64,000 nucleotides of DNA from Bugula neritina (lineage: Eukaryota; Animalia; Bryozoa), in assembly GCA_964035545.1 (NCBI GenBank), contig OZ037765.1, positions 6,210,698-6,274,697 of the forward strand, written 5' to 3'. Under the pieces are notes generated by a model, which was not told the DNA's origin, searched no databases, and saw only the letters and a program-made list of their open reading frames with translations. Of this stretch, positions 14,981 through 28,436 are shown in pieces (position 1 is the stretch's first letter; every line of letters starts with the position of its first letter). A program made the position numbers and the translations under genes.

Positions 14981-15106
14981 CGAATAACTTTAAAGTCCAC
15001 TCATACTTAACAGGTTAACTCATAACTGCCTACTCACTGACTGTCAGTGTCACTGCATACACGTACTGGAAGCTGTAATACCATCAGAATAAATAATATT
15101 TATTAA

Positions 15107-15519
15107 CAGGGTTGGGGTAATTGTAATTGGTTGTAATTAATTGTATTTTTCAAGTAATTGAATTTAATTTGTAATTGGAGTATAAAAATGTAATTGTAAA
15201 ATTGTAATTAATTACATGTCTAATAAAAAGTTGAGATCAATTCAATGTAGTATTGTATCACCCTAATAGTCACTGTTGAGAACAAAGGAGGTTGTCCACT
15301 CTCAAAATTGCCCCAAGTAGTTGGACCCCAGGAGTGAGATTGTACAACTTCTCTTTATCCCTTGTGAGAACAAAGGTAATTGTAATTGTTAGTAATTACA
15401 TTACCATGTAATTGTAATTAGTTGAATTGAGTTTTAACTGTAAAATTTTATAATTGTAATTGACAAATTTTCATGTAATTGTAATTAATTACATTCCTAT
15501 GTAATTGACCCCAACCCTG
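15107..15519. mobile_element. hAT-type MITE, 413 bp
   Basis: TIRs CAGGGTTGGGGT... / ...ACCCCAACCCTG; near-perfect 8-bp TSD TTTATTAA / TTTATCAA; subterminal GTAATT arrays at both ends. Confidence 0.85.
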
Positions 15520-16010
15520 TTTATCAATCAGAATTATTATATTAGTAATTATTATTGTATTTTCAATGAATAATTATATTTAAATCATTATTATTATAAT
15601 GATTGTTAGGACTATACTCGTAGTAGTTATAAAGATATTTTTATCTTCTATTAATAATTTAATTAATATTACTAATCTGACACATGTCTGAAGTCCTGAC
15701 AGATTGGTCATCTTAAATTTTTCCTCAAAGCATCACAATGCATAAGCTATCTCCTTGTATAACGATATTAAAAATATTCTGTTTATTCAAATTTAAGCAG
15801 GTTAAAAAAATTTTGAACGAAAATAGTTTTTTTTAATGTGGATGTTTGCACTTACAATTTTATTAGCTGTAATTAAAATAGTTGAGGCTTCTATGGAGAA
15901 GATAATTCCATAGTTAACTTGGTATAATTGAGAAACTAATACTCTAAAGCATCATATTATGAACTATAATATAACTTTTAGGCAAAATTGAAAGCACATT
16001 AACAATTTTT

Positions 16011-16161
16011 TAGTGGATGTGGTCACCTTTCTTTGGTCACCTTTCACCGCCGTGGTCCTGCGCGGGTGGCGGGAATGTTCTAGTGGATGTGGTCACCTTT
16101 TTTTGGTCACCTTTCACTGCCATGGTCCTGCGCGGGTGGCGGGAATTTTTTAGTGGATGTG
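16011..16161 (+). repeat. 70-bp tandem repeat (2 units plus partial) resembling duplicated Helitron 3' ends
   Basis: TAGTGGATGTG at 16011, 16081 and 16151. Each unit ends with a GC-rich hairpin (CCGCC...GGCGG) followed by CTAG/TTAG then T. Confidence 0.55.
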
Positions 16162-16533
16162 CATTATTCAAAAGCTAGAATGCTTGAATTTTAAAAAGTT
16201 TTAGGCAAGTTCCAAACATAAGAAAGCAGAAACTCCTAACTTTTAATCTGGAAAGTTATACAGATTGCCTTCTGTTGCATTAAATTTCAATAGTAATAGT
16301 AACTAATGCTATACATCTATGACTTTTGCTTTTTACTAATTTGCATGCTCTCTACCAGCGTATTTTTTGTAACGTGAACTGGCCCGTTCTTTGTTTTCAC
16401 ATAACGAGTCAACCTCATTTTAATTTTTTATTTGCAAGATATTATAATTATTAGTATTCGGTCTTAATATTGATGAATTATCTATTAGCAATTATTGTGT
16501 TGTAGGTCTAAAACTTGTGTTGCTTGACTCTCC

Positions 16534-17360
16534 ATGTCGGGTGCCTTTAGAAGCTCGGTGTGGGACCCACCACTGATAGTATCGCAAATACTCTGTATGC
16601 AAGCTTCGTATTATGTCTTCCTTGGTGCTTGGATAATTACACTTGATCTTATATTGCATTCGGATCTCAGTTTAGGACAAATCTATAATTTTGATGTGAG
16701 TAACAACCATGAATCCTGTGGGTTCTGTCATGCATGTAGCTGTAGAACTTTTTCTTTAATGGTATATTTTACTCAACGAAACTATTTAGTTGATATTTTT
16801 TACATTTTATTGATGGCATTTAACTTCTAAATTTCAAAATTTCATGAAAAACTTAATATGAACTATATATAATAATTATATACAGTTTAAAAGAGGTCAT
16901 ATACTGTGTTCTCTTTATTGTAGAGCTTTCAACTAAAATATGGAATATCTGTGCTATGTGCTTATATACTCAATGCTATAACTGGGTGAGTTTTAAATAA
17001 AATTAGCTCTGAATAAGTAAAAATGTATTAACATAATATATTATGTTGCCTTATGTAATGTTTTTCTGTACATAATATATAATAATAGGCTATGTAAATA
17101 TTGTCTTTTTTTGTTGTAGCGCTCTGAGCCTTTGGTATATAGTCAAAAGAACAAAGCAATGCCTAGACTTTACCTTGACAGTACATTTATTTCATTTTAT
17201 AACTTGTTGTATATACAATGGGCGTGTGCCCACATCAGTATCATGGTGGGTAACCAACACTGTAGTTATTGTAATTATGACAGTTCTGGGAGAGTTCTTA
17301 TGCATGAAAACAGAAATGAAAGAAATACCATTAGGGACATCTAGCAAGGTTGATTTATAG
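16534..17360 (+). CDS. SYS1: SYS1 Golgi trafficking protein; exons 16534-16695, 16924-16985, 17120-17360; 154 aa
   Basis: MSGAFRSSVWDPPLIVSQILCMQ, LWYIVKRTKQCLDFTLTVHLFH and LGEFLCMKTEMKEIPL are hallmark SYS1 motifs. Splice phases are consistent. Confidence 0.95.
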
Positions 17361-17474
17361 TAGACTATATTCACCATTTATGTAATCATTTTTTTCTTAG
17401 CAAGGATGTTATTTATTTTTTTAAGATTATATAATTCTGTAATGAAATATTCTTAACTTATTATTACAAAGAGG

Positions 17475-20400
17475 TTAAGAAAACAGTCTAATTGTACTGT
17501 CTGCTCCACTGGTTAGCAACCACGGTTGATTTGGATGAAACACACAGTCGATAGCATTCAGTCCGTTGGTTGTAACATGTCCTCGAAGAATCTTCACTGG
17601 CACTATAAGAGGATTCTGCATCAAGTCACTAAAACAAACAAATGACTAGGGTTATAGAAAGAGAAAAAAGCTGTCCTTGTGTTCAATATGCATTCACAAA
17701 TGTTTTCGCCAGGACACATTTTGATCACTTACTTGTACACCATGCCGTGGCATACTACCACACTACCATCATCAGATGTTGAAGCAAACAGAGGGTATTT
17801 TTTGTGAATATCAACAGCTCTTATGGCTTTCTTCTGATGTCTACAATCACAGTACATTTAAAAACCACGATTCAGCCTGTTGATGTCGATGTCGTACTTA
17901 CTTAAAGTCACAGCTTCCTGTTTTAGATTAACACTAGTAGAAAAGTAGTTTAGAAAATTGTGAATAGCCGAAATAGCACAAGTAGCTTAACATTTTTACT
18001 CCAAAGAAAAATGCATCACAATTTGAATTTTTTTACATTTCAGTATAAAAACTCCTTAACATAACTTACTTGAGAGTCTGATAAGGTTTAGTAGAAAGGT
18101 CCATGTCAAACCAATGAAGTCGACAGTCATAGCTACCAGTGATAACATTATCACCTTCAATAAAACAATGTTATGATCAATTTAAATAAGACATGTAATG
18201 ATAGGCAACCAATGTTGGAGCTGATGCTTCGGTGAGAAGTTCAAAATGAGAAAACCTACCTCCAGGGTGTATAGCCATACTGGATATCCATTTGCAATTT
18301 GCTTGCAGTTTTCTAGAAAGTTCTTGCTTGAGTAAATTGTACACTCTGATATACCTCTGGGTCTACAAAATACAAACCAATAGTAAATGTGTTTTCCAGA
18401 CATTTAAAACTAAACAAAATACTCTGAAAGCAAATGAGACTAACAATTATTCAGCGCAACAATTTATATTCATCAATAACAATTAAAATTTGATAACTAA
18501 CTAATTTGGTAATACTTATATTGCAACTACAATATAAAACTGGGAATGAATTCTGCCACAATAATATTAGCATATGCTAATATCAAATTACGTGTGGATT
18601 AAGTTGTGAGCAAAGTGACTTACTGCGACAAACAGGAAAGGCTTATTAGGATGGAAGAGTGTGCACTGGACGAGTCCTTTGGGTTTGCTGAATGGGCACT
18701 GAGAACGTCTCTTACTGAGCTGATGTATGATCACAGACTGGTTACCTGCACCTGACAGTGTCGCAGCAAAGTAGTCCCCTTTGGCGTGCCAACTTATCTG
18801 GGACACAGACTACAACAGAATGACAGTGACATAGTGCCATATAGTCTAAACATCTTACTAAGCTTTATTTCTCACGGTATTCATTTTACTAATTTAAGGC
18901 CTTATAGTGCTGGTCAATTGGTTAAACGGCTACCTTTGAGTGTGTGACTTTCAATCTCATGTTACTCTCGGTAAACTCCTGACTGTCCGAGGTGTACTCA
19001 TTCCAAGTAGTGACCAGGCCTAGGAGCAAAAACCATTAGTTTCAGAACAATAGCAGTTGATACTAATACCTAAGTAATAGTTTTCAAAATGCTAAACCAA
19101 ATTTTGCGGATTTGCAAGTAGTCTAAAAAGTGATTTTAAAATTAGACTGCCAAAAGGTGACAATTCATCTATACATTTCCCAGCGATTCAATGTTGTTTT
19201 TTTAAAAATAACATCCTAATATATAATTAGCAATAGTTTGAAATATACGACATAAAATAATAAGCATGTAGCTATGCTGCTCTCATGTTTACAAGAATAC
19301 TCCACAGCAGCGTAGCAAGCATGGTTTTAAGTACACTCCCCCACTCTATCCAAGAGTTTAGTCATCTAACATTAGATAAGAGCTGGCCACTGATAGGTAG
19401 TTTAAATAACAGTTTGTATTGAAGAAGAACAGAAATTACCCTTTTCCTGTTCTGGCGTAGAGCTTTCGGCCAACAATTCATCTGTTTTTGTTACAATGAG
19501 TTTATCCCCGAGACCAGGGTTCACAAGAATCACATGGTTTCCACTGAAACAGAACAAAGGCGAATTCGACATTCAATTTGCTGCAGTCAAATTGGCAATT
19601 GGTAATGGTTTTAGAATTACAAACTAGGATTTTTGGCAGTTTCAAGATGCTCAAATATTTTAAATTAATATCAGATCTCACAAATAATATAACAGCCTTT
19701 TACCCTATTTCATCAGAATACTAATTGAATAGTGAACTATTATTGAAAAAACCAAAGCAATATATTCAGCCGTTATCCTTTCACAAATTACAAAAATGTC
19801 TGCAAGTACTCACACAGCCACTGCCACGAGAGAAATGTTTGCATTGGGACACCATGCCACTGATTTCACTTTGTCATCAAGATCCAAAGTTTTCATACAC
19901 CTGCCTGTGTGAAGCTCCCAGAACTTGACGGTCTTATCATCTGAACCTACAGAAATAATGAAAATAAATTAACCATGCTTAGCTTTACTGCAGCGTCTAT
20001 TATACAGTTTCTAAATAAACTGTGATTTTGAGCTCTAAGTTTGAAACTACGAATCACTATTACTCAATGTTCCAACGTACTATGAACATAAATATTATGT
20101 AAAAAGTCATTGCAAGTTAGCATCATGCTACTTTTAAAGTCTTGAATCATCACAGTCAATTGTGGCATTTAAGCTAAAATTACTAACCAGAAACCATCCA
20201 TTGCCCCAATGGATCCAGCGATATCTTTCTGACCAAGTCTTTGTGGCCAGTATACACCTGGACAAGAATTAATTGGTTAAAATAAGATGCAGCATATTTT
20301 TCTAATATATCAGCCTGGCACAGGTCATTGAACTCACTTCTACGAGCTGTTTAGCCATGTTTAAAGGCATAATATAACTCAAGAAATGAAAAATTTAAAT

Positions 20401-23400
20401 AAGAAAATCTACCAACAAAATCAAAATGAAATCTATATTGTAATGAAAATTATTATAATACAAAACAAAATTGAACATTATCAACCCATAATACTATGGT
20501 GTTTATCCTCCCTTTGCTGTTACTGCTAAAACATGTTCCTACACGAGTACAACTGTGAAACATATTGAAGAAAGACTATTGTGCATACTTGTGACAGACT
20601 AGTTTTACATGTCATTACAAATGAAACACAAACTCCATGATATATATTGTAATAAATTTAATACCTCAATGATACATAATTAAATAATGCATAGAACAAC
20701 ATGCTCTAAATGAAAAGTGCAAGATGTGTATATTGATTATATTGTACCATTATACTGCAATCAACTGTAATACATCTAGGTTTTACCACTTTTATATAAT
20801 TTATCATACCATACGAGTCTAATTGACCTGGTATGAAGTACTTACGATAGCCTCAGTTGTAGGGAACGGCTGCAAGTCTTTAGGTTGAGGAAGTTTTGGA
20901 ATCAGATCTTCAGGGTTTACATTCATCTACAAGGAAACAAGGAATGGAATACGTGTAGAAACTCAGTCTAATGCATTTGCTGATAGTAAACCTCCTGCTA
21001 CTACTGGTGAAAAAGCATTTCCGCCAGCAAAAAAACCTGAATTTCTTTCTTGAACAGATTAATAATAAACAGTCTGACGGTTATTTCCTTATTGAAATGC
21101 ATTGTATGCAGTTTTTTAAAAGCATTACTATAAATGGAGCACACGCTTCAAGGGCTTTAAGGACTCACCCGCATTTTCTGTTGGCGAGGACACAAATACA
21201 AGTCTAAGCAACGGGCAAACCTCTCATTCATAAAATTCTTGAATGCCGGTATAGCTCGCATTGACGAATATTTGTGAGGAACAAAATCTTGCCTACGGTC
21301 TTCTTTGTCCGTGTCCCGCCATTTACTGTGCTCCTCTTTAGAGAAGAGATACTCAGGCGGAGGGTTGTAGGACTCGGCATGGCCTGGTAGCGTGATCTTC
21401 GGAGCAGGAATATGCATTTTTAGACGACTTCTGTCATTCTGAAAGTAGCAGATCATATCAATTGATGTAAGCGAGGAACGAAATAATGCGTTGAATAATA
21501 ATAAGGTATTGAATTATACATTGATTGTATGCAGATACAATAATTGACTAGAAGAATCACAAACTACTTAAAGAATCCCTGACACACTTTATTTATGCGG
21601 TATTGAAAGATAAATATATATCTCAGCTATCATCTACAGACTGTTTGGGGTTGTATGCTCAAACAGTCTGTAGAGTGTACATGATAGCTAAGATATATAT
21701 TTTTTAATAGTTCGTAAATGAAGAGTGTCAGAAATTCTTCAACAAGTACCATAACTGGGTCATGAGGTCAGATATTTGCCTGGGAAGATAACTCTAAGCA
21801 GACTAAGCTTACCTCATCTTCATTGCTCCACAAATCATAATAGTGGTCATCCTCATCATTTTTCTCTTCAAGTTCCTTTTTCCTTTGACTAGGAGTTTTC
21901 ATCCAGCCCATTTTCATCGAGTGAACCATTTTACCAACCTGCACAGAGAAAGGTCTTCCAACATGTTTATTCCAAGCAACAAAAATTTAATTCAGAAGAC
22001 ACACAAAGGGTAAAATGTATCACCTTTAGTCTTTCCCATTTGGAAGGTATGAAGCTGCGCTTGTCTTCTGGGCGATTGCTCAACGGGTGAATCTCTACTT
22101 CACTCTCGAAGCTGCTCGGCCAATCAGTGTTGAACGCATTGACATCTTTATCAGCGTATTTTCCGGATTTGATTCGCTGAATGACAGCACAGTCTTCCCG
22201 AGATAGAACTATATTCTGTCCTGTTTGAGGGTCTTTTACAGTTCTCCTACATAACATAAAGCAGCCACAATGGTAATTAGTAAAACTAAACAACTGAATA
22301 CATGCTTAATTATAAAGTAACTTGAAAACAGAATTACATTATTATTAGTACTTTTTATTCAAGATGTAACTTTAGATGTAAAATCGCCTAACGCAATAAA
22401 ATTAACTGCATGAGTGGTTTACATGTTGTTGGGATAAAATCAACAAATTAAAATCATTGTAATCATGTACCAGTAGTCTGGGTTTTCTGACTGCTCAATG
22501 AGATGGTCCAACTCATCTCCGGTTTGAGGCTTAAGTATCTTCTTGCCAGACAAGTCATAGCCAATGTGTGGGTAATCGTCGTACCAGTGCATTGGAATGT
22601 TTCCCACAGTATTCCTTATATCCTACAACCAGGTAGTAATAAATACCAATGAGATAGTAGCCTGGAGCTATAACTTAATAGTAAAAACAAACAAGTCATC
22701 CACAAGCAGACCTTACTGTAAAATAACTGCCCCCCCCCACAGGGGCTTCAGTCCCCCAACTTGCAAGGCAACCTGCTGCCCATTACATCATAGGGGCTAC
22801 TGGGGAAATCACACTTACCTCTTCATCAGATGAGTCATATTCATACTCATTTATTTTGATATCTGAAGGCTGATTTTGAAATTCCTCTGGTGCCTGCAAA
22901 AATAAAGCGCTTAATGCAAACAACTCTATAAATATGAATAACATAGTGAGATATCAATTTTTCCTTTATCAAGTGACAGCATTACTGAAATGCATTTCTT
23001 GGCCATAAAATACATTGAGAGAAACAAAACACAGCAAATAAATTATATAAGATTTTTTTCTAAATATTTAAAGCTAAAAATGCAGCTCTGGGTAAAATAA
23101 TGTACGGGTATATGAGGGATATCAGAAATCTCCTTTATAATTAATAATTATTGGCGCAACAATTATTGACAGCTAACAACAACCATAGAAAAACTATGCT
23201 ACGAAATTAGACAATACATTTTGATAGACCACCATCAGAAACATCCCCAGTCACACGTTCAAAATATGTGCAGAGATAATAAACCTAAACAATTTACTTG
23301 TTTATAAACAATAGAAATAAATACTGTATAAACTGCCAAACTTGCAATTATTAGAAACATGAAAAAAATTAATGTTTTAGAATTACACAAAGATATTACA

Positions 23401-24160
23401 TGCTCAGTGTCCGAATATGTCTCGCTCTCCTCTTCACTGTCATCTTCTGATAATCCTGAAAACTGACTACTCTCACTATCGGTGCTATCATAGTCACTAT
23501 CAGCTACAGCAGAACTAGAGAACAAGGTATCCTGCTCCTGTAACACATATTATGCATGTGACGTCTACATTATTTCTTAACTTAATGCTTGGTAATTATC
23601 AATTACATAATATTAAACTCATCTGTATATATTTCAAGTGCTGTTTACCAACTTCAGTCAAAGAAAAAACAAGATTTGCATATAGAGATAAAAATTATCT
23701 ACTGTAGGACATGCTAAAATTTTGCAATTTTTTACAAATTCTCATTAGATACACAAACATTCAAATGATTCAATTAATATTACAATGCTTGACTTGTTTC
23801 AGAGATAAGTAACTTGGTGAGTGAATTAAAATATTCAAGATGACTTAAATCAAAAGTGGCAAGTCATTGCTTAAATTGTAAATAATTTGCTACTTTCTGA
23901 GTTATAATCATGATTTGTTTAGAAGCACTCACTGGTTTGAATTGAACAATTAGTAACAGTATTTAGTAACTAATCACAATAGAACTTCGACAAATATGAT
24001 TAATTGTTTGACACAGCAGTTGTATTTCTCCAACAAGTGTTTGACTCACTTTACTAGAGTGACCTTCAGAGGAATGCTCTGTCCCTTGAACTCTGCTGTA
24101 AACGGAATGGACAGGGTGTTGTTCACGCTGACGCTTTTTTGAAATAGCCAGTGTAGCCAT
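17475..24160 (-). CDS. BOP1: Ribosome biogenesis protein BOP1/Erb1 (BOP1NT + WD40), about 17 coding exons
   Basis: [94 protein letters not shown] and the C-terminal DSTIRLFS*. First exons 24160-24050, 23537-23400, 22893-22819, 22622-22471. Confidence 0.96.
21572..21738. mobile_element. palindromic MITE with TTAA-type target (Kolobok-like), in BOP1 intron; same family as 44316-44724
   Basis: TTAA|AGAATCCCTGACACACTT ... AAGAGTGTCAGAAATTCT|TCAA; internal CTACAGACTGTTTG...CAAACAGTCTGTAG hairpin. Confidence 0.75.
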
Positions 24161-25148
24161 CTTTTAAACTATTTTTCAATCAAGTCTTGTTTTTGCACTG
24201 ACAATATAAATTGAATATTAACATAAATATTACAATTTGTTTCTTCTTTAAAGTAATATAATTAATATTCATCTTCATGTTTCTAGTAAAAATCATTAGT
24301 TTTAAACAACCATTAGTCATATAGATATTGAAATGTTTATACAGATATATTTATATTACTACTTATAGCAATATTATTGTTTACATGTCATTATCATTAT
24401 CCAATAGACTCATAGTAAAGCTGTTACTCATATTGATACATACTATTTTATAATCATGTTGATATTAATACACATATAGACTTACATATCTACATTATAA
24501 TGTCTTATCACTTTGCTTTATTGTTATACTCATTATTAATCTTTAACATTAACTAAAACTAATTAATATTTGTTGGTATTATTAAATATTATATTTATTA
24601 AACTCAATTCAATAATTTTCCTTATTAGTACAATTATGATTATCAATATTAAACAATAACATAATAATAATTAAAATTATAAAATAAAATATAGAAGTTG
24701 AAGTAAAAAGCAAACAAAACTAAGTTTAATATAAATATGGATGACTCAGAGTCGGCAAGTATAACTCAATAACTGAGGATAGCCATAGGTATTGGTATGA
24801 CGAACTGATTAAAAGTAAAGTAAATAAATATAAACGAAATACAAATAATTATAAGTATAACATTAACAACTAGCATTACAATAACTGTATTACATTCACT
24901 ACAACTGACTATAAGTATAAGTCATAGTAATACTAATACTAATAACCAATAAATAGCAATAGCTAGTAGCAATACTCAGAGCAATGATTGTAAATTAAAA
25001 TTTAAATACATCCAAATTCAAATTGAAAACATCAATTAATAATCAATCTGTATCACTATCGTCTATCAGTATCACTACCAGCATGAAATTGAGTATCACC
25101 AAATCCAATGCTAAGCCCAAGGCCAATCGGCATCGCCCATGGGACTAA

Positions 25149-25926
25149 TGGGGCTGCCACACTACAGTCAAAACGGCCATCTTGAACGCGTTTTCGAGGC
25201 TAAGCGTTGACCTCTGTGACGTCACAACTGAACGCAACTGTCAATTTTTCGCGATGCGATGAAAGTTCAACATGTTCAACTGTCATCGCTGAAGTTGAGC
25301 GATCAGCCAATCACTGACTGGCCAGGTAAACCCTGATTGGTTAAGTGCTTTTTCCACGTGCTACTAGCGAGCATTATTATTTGATTTGGTTCTTCGAAAA
25401 TTATATTAATTTACTTTTAAAATAATTATGATGAAGTTATGTACGAAAGTTTCAATAAATCATGAAAATAAGTATTCATTAGATAAATTTTGCTAAATTT
25501 TATCTGCATATTTAGTTTTTTTAATTTGGTTGAATTTTATTAGCGTACTATAACTATTTAGTTCTTTAGGCTAGTGAATGAGCTTGAATAAAGCTAAGTA
25601 ATATCATTAAATAAAGCTAGTAATTTTGAATAATTGAAGCTAGTAAATTAGAATAAAAATAACTAGAAAATCTTATTAAATTATGCTAGTAAATCTCAAA
25701 AAATTGCGCTAAGATTAATTGTTGGTAATGTGGATACTGCAGAAACTGGTTTATGGCATTCCTATTGGTTTAAAAGTTTACTGCGAGACTAGAGACAGTT
25801 AGCTTTCATCGTTCGTAGTGAACTGTAGTGTGACCAGCAAAAAGTAGGACGTGACGTTGAAGGCATGCGCAAGCAGCTCCAAAATGGCCGCCACAGTCGC
25901 GTTTCGACTGTAGTGTGTTATGGGCA
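25149..25926 (+). mobile_element. non-autonomous PIF/Harbinger element, 778 bp
   Basis: Flanked by TAA (25146-25148, 25927-25929). First ~125 bp and last ~100 bp are nearly identical to the ends of the adjacent autonomous element; the AT-rich interior is non-coding. Confidence 0.9.
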
Positions 25927-26230
25927 TAATGGGGCTGCCACACTACAGTCAAAACGGCCATCTTGAACGCGTTTTCGAGGCTAAGCGATGACCCCTGTGA
26001 CGTCACAACTGAACGCAACTGTCAGTTTTTCGCGATGCGATGAAAGTTCAACATGGCGAACGCTCAACTTCAGCGTTCAGCGATCAGCCAATTTCATTGG
26101 TGGGGAGATAAACGCTGATTGGCTGGATTGTTGTTAAAGCCTTTTTGCCGCACTGGTTGCACGTGCAGGACCTTGCCAACAGTTTTTCAAATTCATTCAT
26201 TCTCATCATCGAATTCAACTCGACATCACC

Positions 26231-28347
26231 ATGCCAAACCAAATTCTTAACCATGATTACGCTCGTGATGAGTTACTCATTGAGCTAGTTAAAAATAGGA
26301 AGCCCCTTTACGACATGGCTTCTAGATCTTATAGAGAGAGCAAGTCTGTAAAAGAAAACTGCTGGAAGTTTGTTTCAGAAGAGATGACCAAATCATTTGG
26401 TCCATCATGTACTGGTAAGAAAAACTTTTGTATTTGTTCACATTCTCCGTTGAAATTGTTTATTTAAAACTTGAAACGATTATTGTTATAATTTTTTGAA
26501 CCAACTTCTCTATTATAATTCAATATTGATTCTAACTAAGCAGTTCAACAAAGCACTTGTTTTTCGATTTTTAAGTAAGGTATCTGAATAGTATGTATTT
26601 TTGTAGAATGCTATATTTTTTTATTTGAAAAAACCGGCTGCCAAATAAAAGAACTGATGACACTTGGTGTGTGTGTGTATGCTTGTGTCTAAAAAAAATT
26701 CACTCTACGACTAATTATACTTTTAGTTGAGGCTATGATGAAGCGGTGGAAAGATATTCGTGACACATTTGCAGCCAACGTCAGAAAACTCACTGGAAAA
26801 AGCGGTGATGCTAGAAAAGCTGACATAACATGGCACCTTTGGGACAACATGCAATGGTTCAAAGATTTCTATAAGAAGAAACCGTACGTACCAAGCTTTA
26901 GCATATATTGCAAAAATATACATGATTGGCTATTCTGCACTATAAAGGATTTGAAAGCTTTCTAATAACTTATGAAGTACTTCACGGCTACCAAAAAATT
27001 CTGAGCATAGCAGGACTGTGGGGTTTTCAATTGTCTTAGTTAGAAAGCTTATAACTTGTCAACAAATTTTGTATGAAAAACCTGTGACCTTTGTATTTAC
27101 TCTAAATTTCTTAGTAAAGTACTCAGTGCTCTCTCCTCTGGGTTCTGAAAATAGTTTAGGGCTTCAGTGGTAAGATTTAATACTTTAGTTAGTGGGCTAT
27201 GAAAGTTATCTTCAAGTATCTTTTCTTTATTTAACTTTGTTAGAATAGCACATGCTACACACTTTAGGTTTTATTTACCTAATTGACATTTTTCTAGTGT
27301 AGCTATAGTATTAATTTAATCTACTTATTTCTTTTAGGAAAACATCAAATAGTATTAATAGCTTCTTATGGCATTAAGAATAGAAAAGAAAATAGAAAAT
27401 TGCAAATTATTACCAGTTTCAGTAACTAATAGCACTAATTATACTTTAAAAATACCCTCAAATAATTGAGAAAATAGCTTAGCACTAACATTTCTTGGCT
27501 TGCCTTGTATTTACTCATTTAACTGTCATTAACTTGAAATTTAAATGAGCCCTATTAACTCCATAAGTAGAGCTTTTTCCAAATCTCTATAATATAATAG
27601 AGCTAGTACCTTCTCTTGAAAATCTGAGATATAGTTCATTGATACTCCAGTACTGCCACTATTCAATTTAGTAAAAATTCTCAATCTATATGCAGCATCA
27701 GGGAAAAATTTGTTTATGTAACTTACTTTTGCCTGCTGCTGTAACCACAACCCAAGTATATAGACCGCCAGCAATCTTGTTTTTAATAATTGTGCACCTA
27801 TTCAACCAAAAACTGGTGAAGTGATTTGATATGAAATATCTTTTTGTTTTATAACTGAAGTTGAAAGTCTTGTTCTTTTAGTACAAGTAGTAACTATACT
27901 CACATGGAGTTTTCAGACTCACAAACAGAAGAGTCAGCAATACCAGCTGCTTTGCCACAACAGTTGTCCACTACACCTAGCTCACCACCACCAACTTCAA
28001 TAAATTTTAATGTTGAAGATGAGCTATCCCAGAGTCTCAATTCCAATATGTCAGCAAGCAGCAGCTCGGCTTTAGAAATAACACCAAAGCCAAAGAAAAG
28101 GAAACAAACCGAACCCAGCTTTTTAAAACAATTTGACATAATACAAAGCAACATTGACAAAATGATCCAGAAACAAGATGATAGCTATCATTTTGCAATG
28201 AATCTATCTTCGCAACTTCGACAATTGCCACCAGCCAAAAGAGTTTTAACTCAAGCAAAATTGTTGCAAATAGTTGGTGAGGCTATGAGTGAAAACGGTC
28301 CTTCAGCATCACCCAATGACCATAATTATTATATTACTAGTATGTAA
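26231..28347 (+). CDS. Harbinger DNA-binding protein with MADF (Myb/SANT-like) and BESS-like motif; exons 26231-26414, 26727-26883, 27882-28347
   Basis: LLIELVKNRKPLYD....Y....KENCW, KRWKDIRDTF and WHLWDNMQWF form the MADF; DDSYHFAMNLSSQLRQLPPAKRVLTQAKLLQIV is BESS-like. Splice phases are consistent. Confidence 0.88.
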
Positions 28348-28436
28348 TGAAATTATAATAAAATTAATTTATTTGCGTGATTATATAAAATAATTTTATT
28401 ATCACATCTGTTAATTTAAATAAATGATTGTTAAAA

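Noticed and set aside
16011-16161. CRISPR-like repeat-spacer appearance
   Set aside because: The 'spacers' are near-identical, so it is a tandem repeat; eukaryotic context and no cas genes.
19670-19718. C/D box-like pair (TGATGA...CTGA, minus strand) in a BOP1 intron
   Set aside because: Only ~46 nt between boxes and no rRNA-complementary guide recognised.
23255-23400. Possible U12 AT-AC intron (ATATCTTT) in BOP1
   Set aside because: Imperfect donor; the candidate AC acceptor gives an immediate stop, and the standard GT-AG model is in phase.
26884-27881. Possible third (cargo) gene on the minus strand inside the 1-kb intron of the Harbinger MADF gene (ORF 27541-27774 and collinear open stretches)
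   Set aside because: The frame has many stops, I found no consistent splice model and no recognisable motif. A translated profile search would be needed to revive it.
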